Positions 19,416 through 29,168 of a stretch of 35,708 nt of DNA are shown one piece after another. The position numbers and the translations under genes were made by a program. The notes below the pieces were generated by a model, which had not been told where the DNA came from, ran no database searches, and saw only the letters and a list, made by a program, of their open reading frames with translations. Source of the stretch: a virus. Its lineage: Duplodnaviria; Caudoviricetes. Location: positions 1 to 35,708 of the IMG/VR virus record IMGVR_UViG_3300042429_000698; one strand, written 5' to 3'. How positions within the stretch are numbered: the stretch's first letter is position 1; each line of letters begins with the position of its first letter.

Positions 19416-20462
19416 TTATTTATTTGTGAATTTGAAATACCCATATCCATATTTTTCCATATCTTGTAATGTCTTAACTTCCCCAAGCCTCTGAACTTTC
19501 TCATAACCTGAATTTTTTCCCCTCTCCACAAATACATTTGAAAAAATCTGAACATCCGAAACTGACTTCATTAATGCTTCATTCTTTGTTATTGGTTTTA
19601 GTTGTGTTGAATCCTCAGTTAACCCTTCGCTATTAGCCTCAAAAGTCGTTATACCTAAAGGATAATCAACATACTTAATGTCTTGTATTGTATAGGCTGT
19701 AAAACTATTATTTATATTTGTAACCCTACCATAAGGAACACCATCTTTAAAGACATCAACACCAACCAAATAACGCTTATTACCGTATAACGATAATTCC
19801 AATAAATTAGATTTTGTATATCCCGTAACCTTAACATTACCTTCATATAAATAATCTTCAATATCAATACCAGTATCCCCAGTGAAAATATAATCATAAC
19901 TCAAAGGAGTATTCCTCCACGCACCGCCACTAGGGGTGAATGTCGCAGTACCACTTGGATTACCATCTTTCTTATTTTTATCGAAAGGTATTGTTATTGT
20001 TTTGCTAATAATATTTGTACCAAAATTATTCTTTTGAGTTAATTTTATCCCATAACTACTACTTGTTTTTTGATAGGTATGACATTTACTGACCGTATTC
20101 ATAACTTCACTAGCACTTTGATCCCCCCAATACACCTTATACTCAGAATCTTTGGTATATGCCGTTCTAACTGATGTATTATATATGCAATACTCATAAG
20201 GACTTTTACCAGAAAAAACAAAATTTAAAACCGTATCTTTTTGCAAAATTGCCCCATCAAATTCTGAATAATATCCAGCATCAACAACATCTTGTGTCAA
20301 TAATATTGGTATGGTTAATCCAGTTAAGGTTGATGTACCATTAACACCACTAGTTAATAAACTTGTCATCCCAGTATACACACCAAAAGTATTACCACTA
20401 TAAGTAACTTCTTTAACTATAGACGATAATGATTCTGGGGATATTTTAATTTTATATATCAT
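19416..20462 (-). CDS. Hypothetical structural protein with a PKD-like Ig domain
   Basis: YKVYWGD...HTY...YGIKLTQKNNFGTNIISKTITI resembles the PKD signature. TAATG coupling. Confidence 0.65.
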   Translation of the reverse strand: MIYKIKISPESLSSIVKEVTYSGNTFGVYTGMTSLLTSGVNGTSTLTGLTIPILLTQDVVDAGYYSEFDGAILQKDTVLNFVFSGKSPYEYCIYNTSVRTAYTKDSEYKVYWGDQSASEVMNTVSKCHTYQKTSSSYGIKLTQKNNFGTNIISKTITIPFDKNKKDGNPSGTATFTPSGGAWRNTPLSYDYIFTGDTGIDIEDYLYEGNVKVTGYTKSNLLELSLYGNKRYLVGVDVFKDGVPYGRVTNINNSFTAYTIQDIKYVDYPLGITTFEANSEGLTEDSTQLKPITKNEALMKSVSDVQIFSNVFVERGKNSGYEKVQRLGEVKTLQDMEKYGYGYFKFTNK

Positions 20463-21052
20463 TACTTTTTAGTTATGTACTCAAACCAATTCATTGGATT
20501 CTTCTTCACCCCAATTTGGCTACCATTATTAATATCATAATACTCATAAGTATGCGTACCATAATTTAGATTTAATTTATAATAAAAATCAAAAACTTCA
20601 TTTAAATTATACTTATCATTTGTAGGTAATTCCGCTTGGCATCTATTTGACATTCTTTTAATTGACCCTGTTTGCCCATTAAAAAATGTCGCACTAACAT
20701 AAAATGTATCAATATTTAATATATTAACATCCTTCAGCCAATAAATAAAAAACCCCTCTGTATTCTCTGTATAATCTAAAAGATATGTTGGAATAATTAT
20801 ATCCCCAGATTTAACACCATTGCTTGCTTGTAAAATTGTTGTCAAATATAGTTTTTGAGATTTACTAAAAGGCGAATCATAATAATCCAATTTGAAAAAA
20901 GAATTATTGAAATTATTATTATTAAATTTTATATTATCTGCCAAAAAATCATTGCTTGGGGTTAAATACGTTGAATTCCAATTTAATTTGGAAGACAAAT
21001 CAACCCCATTGTAAAAATTAAAATTTATATTTAAACTATAATCTATCGCCAT
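20462..21052 (-). CDS. Hypothetical structural protein (possibly the C-terminal part of a split gene)
   Basis: 196-aa ORF tightly packed in the operon. Motif NSFFKLDYYDSP..EGFFIYWLK..FYVSATFFNG. Confidence 0.75.
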   Translation of the reverse strand: MAIDYSLNINFNFYNGVDLSSKLNWNSTYLTPSNDFLADNIKFNNNNFNNSFFKLDYYDSPFSKSQKLYLTTILQASNGVKSGDIIIPTYLLDYTENTEGFFIYWLKDVNILNIDTFYVSATFFNGQTGSIKRMSNRCQAELPTNDKYNLNEVFDFYYKLNLNYGTHTYEYYDINNGSQIGVKKNPMNWFEYITKK

Positions 21053-21056
21053 TATA

Positions 21057-21962
21057 TTAATTTTTTATACATCTAATAGAATATCCATTATTCCTATCAT
21101 CACATTGGAAATCCAAATTATCATTGTTATATTTTAATTGAACTATTTTAGCAAAATTACTCCCGCAACCATTAGTAGTACTTGTCCAATATGTAGTGGT
21201 CTCCCCAAAATAAATAAAATCACTGCCATATGCAAATTCTCTTCTACCAGCAGGATAAGCATTAAACCCACTACTATTCGTCGCTCCATCATTTGGTAAT
21301 TGCCACCAAACAGATCCGCTTGTTTTCATCTTCCCACCAGAAACACCATTACCCCCTAAATAATTAGATAACGTTTCAAAATCAGTTAGTGTCGGCACTC
21401 TATAACCTGTTGGGCATAAACTAATTGCATTACTTACTGAATAAAAATTATACAAATAACCAAAACAACTATCTATACTATTATTATTATACGCACAATA
21501 AGCGCCACTTCTTAATATCTTCCAACTATTATCATTTGTCACATTAGGTATAGGTGTACCATTATCATATCTTGTTGTTCTTAGATTTTCTGTAAACCAA
21601 GTTTGTGTACCAATAGTAGCCGTGCCATAAAAATTACCATCATAATCCCTAACATATGTAGTACCAGAACAAACATTAACATTTGTTAATGTACCTCCAG
21701 AATTAACATTAAATACAACCCCATTTGTGCTACTAACATACCAACCTGCCGCCAATTTAACCCTATTAGTATCATACAAAATATCACCAATCTCAATGGT
21801 CTGGGGCGTTCTTTGTGTTGACACATATAACTTATCGCAATCACCCACACAAGTTGTTGGAGTTGTTACACAAAATATTGATGAACAAGCATCTCCACTA
21901 GTAGCATGATTAAACCAACTTGAACAAGAAGGTGATGGTGCATATATATTAAATTCACTCAT
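21057..21962 (-). CDS. Fib_succ_major (FISUMP, C-type-lectin-like fold) domain protein with an N-terminal Cys-rich module
   Basis: DYDGNFYGTATIGTQTWFTENLRT..GYLYNFY..LCPTGYRVPT..NSSGFNAYPAGRR..YWTST..GYSIRCIK matches the family signature. Confidence 0.88.
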   Translation of the reverse strand: MSEFNIYAPSPSCSSWFNHATSGDACSSIFCVTTPTTCVGDCDKLYVSTQRTPQTIEIGDILYDTNRVKLAAGWYVSSTNGVVFNVNSGGTLTNVNVCSGTTYVRDYDGNFYGTATIGTQTWFTENLRTTRYDNGTPIPNVTNDNSWKILRSGAYCAYNNNSIDSCFGYLYNFYSVSNAISLCPTGYRVPTLTDFETLSNYLGGNGVSGGKMKTSGSVWWQLPNDGATNSSGFNAYPAGRREFAYGSDFIYFGETTTYWTSTTNGCGSNFAKIVQLKYNNDNLDFQCDDRNNGYSIRCIKN

Positions 21963-21963
21963 A

Positions 21964-22521
21964 TTATGTACAATTTTGATTAAATACTATTAAGTTATTA
22001 GATGAATAATACCTTAACTCTGTCGCTGATGGTGTTGGTGTCGGAGTTGGTGTTACACTATTGGTAGGCGTAACTGTTCTTGTTGGTGTTGTAGTTACAG
22101 TTATAGATGGTGTTATAGAAGCTGTTGGTGTCATAGATGAAGTTATAGATGGAGTTGGCGTATTACTTGAGGTTATTGTCGGTGTGGTTGTTTTAGTTGG
22201 TGTTATAGTTGGTGTAACCGTACTAGTTGGGGTAACCGTAGGTGCATTAGTTCTAGTTGGAGTTGGGGTAACAGTCTTGGTTGGTGTAGGGGTTGGGGTA
22301 CTAGTTTTTGATGGTAGGGGGAAGCCTTCTATTAATCCGCTATGAGAAAACCTAACTACTTCATAATCAATTACTGCGTTGATAGAGTTACTTAATATAT
22401 CCTCACCGTAACTATTTATCGTATCTTGTTGACCAACATTATCAAAATCCATCTTAATGGGTAAACTTATTGTTATATCATTAAGTTTAGGTTGTAGTAA
22501 TCTATATTTATTCACACTCAT
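21964..22521 (-). CDS. Hypothetical structural protein: short N-terminal domain plus Thr/Pro tract
   Basis: 185-aa ORF with a TP repeat at about 22025-22315. Overlaps the upstream gene by 14 nt. Confidence 0.75.
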   Translation of the reverse strand: MSVNKYRLLQPKLNDITISLPIKMDFDNVGQQDTINSYGEDILSNSINAVIDYEVVRFSHSGLIEGFPLPSKTSTPTPTPTKTVTPTPTRTNAPTVTPTSTVTPTITPTKTTTPTITSSNTPTPSITSSMTPTASITPSITVTTTPTRTVTPTNSVTPTPTPTPSATELRYYSSNNLIVFNQNCT

Positions 22522-24172
22522 CTACCAATGGTTTTACAATTAATGAAGAAGAACTATCCCCAACATTTGTTGATTTATTCACTTTTTGAGTATAATAATC
22601 ATACCCCTCTGGAAACAACTTAAAAACATTATTAACAAATGGATAGAAAGAATTATTTATAAAAGGATAATTAACCCCATTATTATTTTCATCAAAAAAC
22701 CCAACATCATATATATCCCTCCACCTAAATTGCCCATCAACTTTTGAATAGAAAGCATAATTTGGAACATCATAAGCAAATTTAAAATCAACAGTTTCAA
22801 CATAATCTGAAAAAACTTTCAACACCAATTTGTTATGTGGCTTATAATAATATCCAGATTTATTATTATCATAGTTTGAAACTCTAAAAACTTCATCAGA
22901 ATGTTTTATTTTATGATATAAATCAGCAATAACTATTTCCTCTTGGGTATATTCATTATATTCACAAAAATCGCCATCAAGATTATCATCACTTAGTTTA
23001 AAATACTTAAATTGATTTCTTTTATCATCAAAATAACTCTCAACATTAATATTGGTATTTGAACTTGATGTTGAATCATCCCACCAAGGATTAACTGGTT
23101 CTGTTATATTGAATAACCAACCTTTTTTAATTACATCAAAAAACCCAGAATAACCTTTATATACCATTGTTAAGTATATTTCAGTTAATGGCCTGTTTTG
23201 GTTATCAACAAGTGTTTCAATATTTAGATCATTATTTGATATAAAATTATATGAAATATTTGATGTCTTTTTTAAGAAAGAAAACTCATCTCCAATAAAA
23301 CTTAAAACTTTTGGTTCATCAAATGCACCAGTTTCAAAACCAGCCTTTGTTGGTACAATATCATTTGAATTTTTAATAACTTTATGTTTTCTAACATAAT
23401 ATTCGGATGTAGTTTCTCCACTATTTCCAATAGAAATAACCCTCCTTAATGTACCTAACTTATTATCAGAAATATTATTATTAACTCTTAATATATTTAA
23501 AACATATTCATCTGAACCGTATGATCCATCACCAAATGAAAATATTTCATACAATCTAACAATTGAATCAATTTTAATTGCAACCCCATCTGTAGCAGTT
23601 AAATTGTGGGGTAATGAACATCTAATTCTAATTAAATTAAACCCATCTTCAATAATAACATCAGTAACAAATGGTATTCCTTCTTCTGCCACCCAATCGT
23701 AAAATCTATTATCTATCTTTATATTTAAATTTTGCTTACTATCACCACTAAATGGATAAGTTATGTAATAATCCCAATTATATTTAAAAGCATTAACTGA
23801 TTCATAACCAAAAGAATTTGGGACGTTTGGTCTAAAGAAATCAAATTCATATCCAGGTAAAAACCCTTTGTCAACATTTGATATTGAAGAGGTATCTTTA
23901 TTGTTAATATTATATATTAATTGTGACTTATATTTACTATCAGTTGTACCAGAATAAAAATTATCATATAAATAACTAATTTTAAATGTTGGTCTAATAT
24001 TATATGATTGTGTTTTTTCTTTATTATATAATTCTTTTAAATCAACGGTAATATCTCTATCAAACTGAATAAGTTCTTTCTGGGTATTATCCAAGTTAAT
24101 AGCCAATTGTGTGTTGGTTTCATCACCAACTTTATTCTTATATACACTAGGAACAATATTAAATTTATTCAT
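22508..24172 (-). CDS. Hypothetical baseplate-associated structural protein
   Basis: 554-aa ORF overlapping both neighbours, in the baseplate cluster. Confidence 0.75.
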   Translation of the reverse strand: MNKFNIVPSVYKNKVGDETNTQLAINLDNTQKELIQFDRDITVDLKELYNKEKTQSYNIRPTFKISYLYDNFYSGTTDSKYKSQLIYNINNKDTSSISNVDKGFLPGYEFDFFRPNVPNSFGYESVNAFKYNWDYYITYPFSGDSKQNLNIKIDNRFYDWVAEEGIPFVTDVIIEDGFNLIRIRCSLPHNLTATDGVAIKIDSIVRLYEIFSFGDGSYGSDEYVLNILRVNNNISDNKLGTLRRVISIGNSGETTSEYYVRKHKVIKNSNDIVPTKAGFETGAFDEPKVLSFIGDEFSFLKKTSNISYNFISNNDLNIETLVDNQNRPLTEIYLTMVYKGYSGFFDVIKKGWLFNITEPVNPWWDDSTSSSNTNINVESYFDDKRNQFKYFKLSDDNLDGDFCEYNEYTQEEIVIADLYHKIKHSDEVFRVSNYDNNKSGYYYKPHNKLVLKVFSDYVETVDFKFAYDVPNYAFYSKVDGQFRWRDIYDVGFFDENNNGVNYPFINNSFYPFVNNVFKLFPEGYDYYTQKVNKSTNVGDSSSSLIVKPLVDECE

Positions 24173-27100
24173 TTAAATATTTTGTTTTAAACTTATCCAA
24201 AGCAGATGCCCCCTTCTTTATACCAAAATAAAAATAAAATGGCGCACCAACTAAAAACCTATTCTTTTTATTGCCGTATTTAGTTGCTTGGTTTTTGTCA
24301 TTATATAAATAACCCCTATCATTATTATATGTTAAAACATTTTCATTATTATAAAAATATCTTTCTTTATTATATGGATTTAATCTATTTTTAAGTGACG
24401 CCAAATCTGGTTTAATCCTATCTAAATTTTGATAATTATCTGTGATTATAGTACTAGTATACCAACTATTATCTTGATTACCAAAGAAAAGATTACCCCC
24501 TTTAGCATCATTTAATTCCCATTGATAAAACGGCACTATTTGTGATTTAATGCCAAAATATTTTGGCTTCAACTCATTATTTAATGCTCTAAAATTAACT
24601 CGACCTGGTGTTAAATAATCTTTTAATTGTAAATCATCTTGAGATGATGAATAAAATATCCCAATAACTGGATTGTCTTTCTTATCATATTGAATTGATA
24701 TTTCTGAATCAGCACTATTAGTCATTGTATAAAATTCAGATGAAAACTTATCAACCCCAAATTCAGAATTTATTGATAATAATTGACTATAATCCCCATC
24801 CGTTTTCTTGTAGTCCCTTGAAAATAAATCATTAATATTTTTTAAATTCCTAATGAAATTACCATTAGTTATTCTACTAATTGCAAATAAATTAAGAATA
24901 TCTGAATTATCCCCGTAACTTGTTGGCTCTATTTTATCTAATACAAAAGAATAATATTCAAAATTATCACTATTATATCCATATAATGAATTTTTATAAC
25001 CCAAATCCATTATTGTTGTTGGGAACATTAGATTTTTAACATTTTCTTTATTCATAGTCCTACCAACAAAAGTACTATTACTTTTAGAGAAAGGTGAACT
25101 ACGATAATAAAAATTAGTCGTTTTGGCATCAAAATATATCAAGTCATTACAATATGATTCATCATCAATGATTGCTTGGTTTTTATTATTATATTTAATT
25201 TTGGTTTGTATTGGAAATGCAAATAATGATCCATTTACCCAGTTATTAACAAAAACTTCTGATACAACACCCCTACATAAAGCATAAAAATATCTGAATC
25301 TATTTACCCATTCATTATAAGTCCTTAAATCTTTTGGAATATCTAATATTGCTCTATCTACAAAACTATAACAACCATTTGTCACCGGGTCATTTTCAGC
25401 GCATTTAGAATCAACCTGAAAACTTGTACCCCTGCCTGTATAACAACCTAAACTAACCATATTATTACAAGTATTAAGTGTTGTTAATAAATTTTCAGTC
25501 ATAGTAAATCCAGAGAAATCTTGGGGGGAATACCCTGTGTCACTTGCTGGTATTGGATTATCTGCAAATTGTTCTGACCCAACAATTTCATAAGTTGCAA
25601 ATCCTAAATTCTGTTGTAAGGCTGCTGCTTGACCATTATTAATATAATATGTATTAACCGTACTTGACGACCAAGATGAACCATCCAAATAATCTGATGT
25701 TGGTAGTCTATCTGTCCTAAATATTGTTTTATTATTAACAAATAATTCACTAAAATAATTATTATCCCCAAATGAAGCTTGTGTTGTATATGTGTTATTA
25801 TATGGTTCTTCCCCTCTCAATAGTCTTTTTATAAAATTACTCCTTTTATTATTTGCAACCATATCTAAACCAAGATAATAAGTTGACATATTTGATAAAT
25901 TATCAGATAAATCATACCCATTTGTTGACCGAATACTGCGCGAGTCAATTTTAAATGTTGTTACTCTCTTTAATAAATTACTATCATTAACTTGTAATCC
26001 TTGTAAATTTCCAGAAAAAGAATTTGAAAAACTAAATCCTTTTGGTTTTGACGCCTCACCAATTAGATTGCCAGAATAGTAACCATGCGCATTTGTCCTA
26101 AATGGATATGCTTGATTTGCCCCAAATCCTATACTAGAATTTATGGGTCTTAAAAAATATGAATCAAACATTATTTCATTTGAAACATTTGTTTGTTGGA
26201 CTGAATATGTTTCTAGTGGTTGAATTGGTATATTTAATCTTGTGTTTGTTTTTATACTTATTTGATTAGTATTGGCAAATCCAAATATTTTACCTAAATT
26301 ATATGTATTTTCGTAAAGTGGTGAATATGGATCAACCCCCCTTTGTAATATTAAAACATACTGATTATCAATATCATTAAAATAATTTATAATACCATCA
26401 TTTTTTGAAATCTCTGAAAAAATTTCATCTTGCCATCGACTTAAATTTGGATTTTTACCTTCTGCAAAGTCAAAAATTAATTCTGTTGACCTTGGCCTTA
26501 GACATTGCCAATTAAATGACCCATCAGCCAAGGTTGAATTTTGATTTGATTTACTTTTAAACTCACTTACTGTCATACCAGTTACAACTTGATAAAACTC
26601 AATATCTGCTGGAAACAAATATTTATTAATATCAACACCGTATGGTAACATATATTTTTTCTCTAATAAACTTTTTGGATTTGATGGGTTAGCGTATTTA
26701 ACAACCACCTCACTATTATTTGTTTCTGCTGATATTTTTGTTGTTGCAGTATAACCAGATATGAAATTAATATCTTTTGATTTATCAAAATTCAAAAATG
26801 TTAATAATGTACCAGATTCTCTATTTTCACTAGCAACTATAACTAAAACATTATCACTATGTTGTTCTTTATTATTTTTACTAGCAAATGTAACGTCAAT
26901 CCTTGTATTACCTTTAAAATAATTCTCCCTACTATTAAATTTATTAATCCTTTCAGCAGGGGGTAACCCAACTGCAACTGCAGCAACTTGTGTTCTGGTT
27001 GATGGCATCAAATAAATATTTGAAAATAAGGCTCTAAATCTATATGGTTTATTAATATCATAAGTTTGACCAATATACGCTTCAGTTGATAATGAAACAA

Positions 27101-29090
27101 TATTATCCAAATCAATCAATAGTTCTTCTTTTAAATTTACCCCAAATGTTGTCTTACTTTTTATTATTGTCTCGACTTTAGATGTTACGGCATCCCTATA
27201 TAACATAGGATTTGCCAATTGTGCAATTAAACCCCCAGTTGGTATTCCACTATCTGACAACTCCATATCATTATCCCCACAATCACAAAGTTCACAATCT
27301 GGATATGTTATCATAGGTAAATTTAATTTTTGGAATTTAAAATTCTTAACTTCTTTAAATGCTTTAAAAAATCTAACTGTTGCTGCCACAACTATACCAC
27401 CTAATGTAGCAAACCCTAATATCAAACCAACTGCTGGGAATGATGTTGCTGCTTGAACAAATAAAAATGCTGATAAAATAGGTAATGCAACAGCAATAGC
27501 ATAAGTTAAAGGTACTGCAAATAAATTCCATAAAAATTTAACAAAATGGAATACAATTAAAAGAACTCTACCTGGCGTTGAAAATAAAAGAAATAATATT
27601 GAAAATAGAAAAAATAAAAAATCAAAATTCCTAACCCCATCATTAACTGGATATTTATTAATTGTAGCATCACATGATGTATCTGCAATTTCTTTAATCC
27701 CAATAAAATTACCCTTACTACTACCGCCCCTATATTGGTCAATTAAACTTGATACTGTATAAACTTTATTTGATTTAAATTCATAAAAAGTATCCTCACA
27801 CCTTATTGCCGCATCACTATTTGTATAACCAGACCAATCCAATCCAAAATAATATGAACCAGCAAGTTGATTTTTATTATCATTATTGGAATTCATTGGG
27901 TCAATAGTGCCAAGATTATTCCATCCATATTCTTTAATATTTGGAACAAGAAAATATGCTCTTTTTGTTTGTTCACTTATCTTTGTGGATTGCTCCCATT
28001 TAATCTTAAATCTATATTTACCTTTTGTTGGTATTCCTATGCTTGGGTCATTTGTTATTATCTTATCTCCATTCTCATTTGTAATAACATATTCTAAATT
28101 CATAGGTAATTCAACAACCCAAGAACCATCTGAATCTATAACATTACCTACTCTATATGTTTCTAATATAGGCAACCCTTTTTCATCTTTATTTAATGTT
28201 TGCCTTATTGCTAATATACTACCTGGACCCGTTTCCAATCCACATAAATTACCAAAATCATCTTTTGGTTTACAATTTGAACGTATTCTTTTATTTGATG
28301 CTGTACTAAATATTGACCCAATAAATATTGCAGTTGGTTGTATGTCAATATTTACATCATCCCTTAAATCAAAATCAGACCTATTAATAGAAGAATCACA
28401 AGTTTCAGGATCCCCCCACAATGGAGAAATATTAATACCTTTTGATATTGACACAATTTGGGGCAAAGAACTTAAATCTGTTGATTGTTGATATTGATTA
28501 TTATCAAATTGTCCTTCAGTTGCCATACCCATCCTTATCAAATCTTGGGGTGTTAATGAATATTCCCCCATATCTGATAAATCCAAATCCATTAAAATAC
28601 TATAACTACCGATTGGTACACCAAACATCATATAATCCCCACTTGAATTTGTCTTTACAGTATATTTATAATACTTTTCATAAACTTCTATGGCTTGACC
28701 ATCAAACATAACATCATCTATTGTGGGGAATGTTCCAGTTGCAACGTGACCAGGATATGATGGTTTATACGGTAATAAATTATACCTATAACCATCTTCA
28801 TTCTTTTCTGTTATTGTCTTATATGGGTATATTGATGTGATTAACTCATTATCAGAATCATCATCACTTAATGGAATAAAAATTGATACCCTAGCATTTG
28901 GAATACCAAAACCGTTGTTTGCCGTAACCCTCCCAACAACAACACCATAATTAGCGCAGTCTAATGTGTAAACATCAGATTGCCTTATTTTAAAAGATAA
29001 AATCTCAAGGAATTCAATATTTTGATCCAACTGAAAATTGACAATTTTATCTTTACCAATTTCAGTCCTAATTCTAAAATTATTTTGCAT
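24165..29090 (-). CDS. Large structural protein: N-terminal carboxypeptidase-regulatory/prealbumin-like domain, central hydrophobic (putative transmembrane) segment, CxxCxC motif
   Basis: YGVVVGRVTANNGFGIPNARVSIF...KTNSSGDYMMFGVPIGSYSI, a ~90-aa apolar stretch FDFLFFLFSILFLLFS...LGGIVVAATVRFF, then YPDCELCDC. Confidence 0.8.
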   Translation of the reverse strand: MQNNFRIRTEIGKDKIVNFQLDQNIEFLEILSFKIRQSDVYTLDCANYGVVVGRVTANNGFGIPNARVSIFIPLSDDDSDNELITSIYPYKTITEKNEDGYRYNLLPYKPSYPGHVATGTFPTIDDVMFDGQAIEVYEKYYKYTVKTNSSGDYMMFGVPIGSYSILMDLDLSDMGEYSLTPQDLIRMGMATEGQFDNNQYQQSTDLSSLPQIVSISKGINISPLWGDPETCDSSINRSDFDLRDDVNIDIQPTAIFIGSIFSTASNKRIRSNCKPKDDFGNLCGLETGPGSILAIRQTLNKDEKGLPILETYRVGNVIDSDGSWVVELPMNLEYVITNENGDKIITNDPSIGIPTKGKYRFKIKWEQSTKISEQTKRAYFLVPNIKEYGWNNLGTIDPMNSNNDNKNQLAGSYYFGLDWSGYTNSDAAIRCEDTFYEFKSNKVYTVSSLIDQYRGGSSKGNFIGIKEIADTSCDATINKYPVNDGVRNFDFLFFLFSILFLLFSTPGRVLLIVFHFVKFLWNLFAVPLTYAIAVALPILSAFLFVQAATSFPAVGLILGFATLGGIVVAATVRFFKAFKEVKNFKFQKLNLPMITYPDCELCDCGDNDMELSDSGIPTGGLIAQLANPMLYRDAVTSKVETIIKSKTTFGVNLKEELLIDLDNIVSLSTEAYIGQTYDINKPYRFRALFSNIYLMPSTRTQVAAVAVGLPPAERINKFNSRENYFKGNTRIDVTFASKNNKEQHSDNVLVIVASENRESGTLLTFLNFDKSKDINFISGYTATTKISAETNNSEVVVKYANPSNPKSLLEKKYMLPYGVDINKYLFPADIEFYQVVTGMTVSEFKSKSNQNSTLADGSFNWQCLRPRSTELIFDFAEGKNPNLSRWQDEIFSEISKNDGIINYFNDIDNQYVLILQRGVDPYSPLYENTYNLGKIFGFANTNQISIKTNTRLNIPIQPLETYSVQQTNVSNEIMFDSYFLRPINSSIGFGANQAYPFRTNAHGYYSGNLIGEASKPKGFSFSNSFSGNLQGLQVNDSNLLKRVTTFKIDSRSIRSTNGYDLSDNLSNMSTYYLGLDMVANNKRSNFIKRLLRGEEPYNNTYTTQASFGDNNYFSELFVNNKTIFRTDRLPTSDYLDGSSWSSSTVNTYYINNGQAAALQQNLGFATYEIVGSEQFADNPIPASDTGYSPQDFSGFTMTENLLTTLNTCNNMVSLGCYTGRGTSFQVDSKCAENDPVTNGCYSFVDRAILDIPKDLRTYNEWVNRFRYFYALCRGVVSEVFVNNWVNGSLFAFPIQTKIKYNNKNQAIIDDESYCNDLIYFDAKTTNFYYRSSPFSKSNSTFVGRTMNKENVKNLMFPTTIMDLGYKNSLYGYNSDNFEYYSFVLDKIEPTSYGDNSDILNLFAISRITNGNFIRNLKNINDLFSRDYKKTDGDYSQLLSINSEFGVDKFSSEFYTMTNSADSEISIQYDKKDNPVIGIFYSSSQDDLQLKDYLTPGRVNFRALNNELKPKYFGIKSQIVPFYQWELNDAKGGNLFFGNQDNSWYTSTIITDNYQNLDRIKPDLASLKNRLNPYNKERYFYNNENVLTYNNDRGYLYNDKNQATKYGNKKNRFLVGAPFYFYFGIKKGASALDKFKTKYLNE

Positions 29091-29153
29091 TATATTCTTT
29101 ATTGATTATAAATATTTTAGTATACATTATTTATAACTTATAAAGAATATTGC
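29087..29153 (-). promoter_or_regulatory. Long imperfect inverted repeat covering the TATTTATA motif (29107-29114) and the start of the 1641-aa gene
   Basis: Arms atattctttat-tga-ttataaata (29092-29114) and tatttataa-ctt-ataaagaatat (29128-29150), 13-nt loop, plus a gca/tgc pair reaching into the ATG. Confidence 0.7.
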
Positions 29154-29168
29154 GGTAAAATAAATAAA

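Noticed and set aside
27867-28711. Plus-strand ORFs up to 201 aa
   Set aside because: Fully antisense to the 1641-aa gene, with no recognisable motifs or expression signals.
24165-29090. Tape measure protein call for the 1641-aa ORF
   Set aside because: Apart from the hydrophobic segment it looks aromatic, Asn-rich and beta-like, lacking the Ala/Leu/Lys helical periodicity of tape measures.
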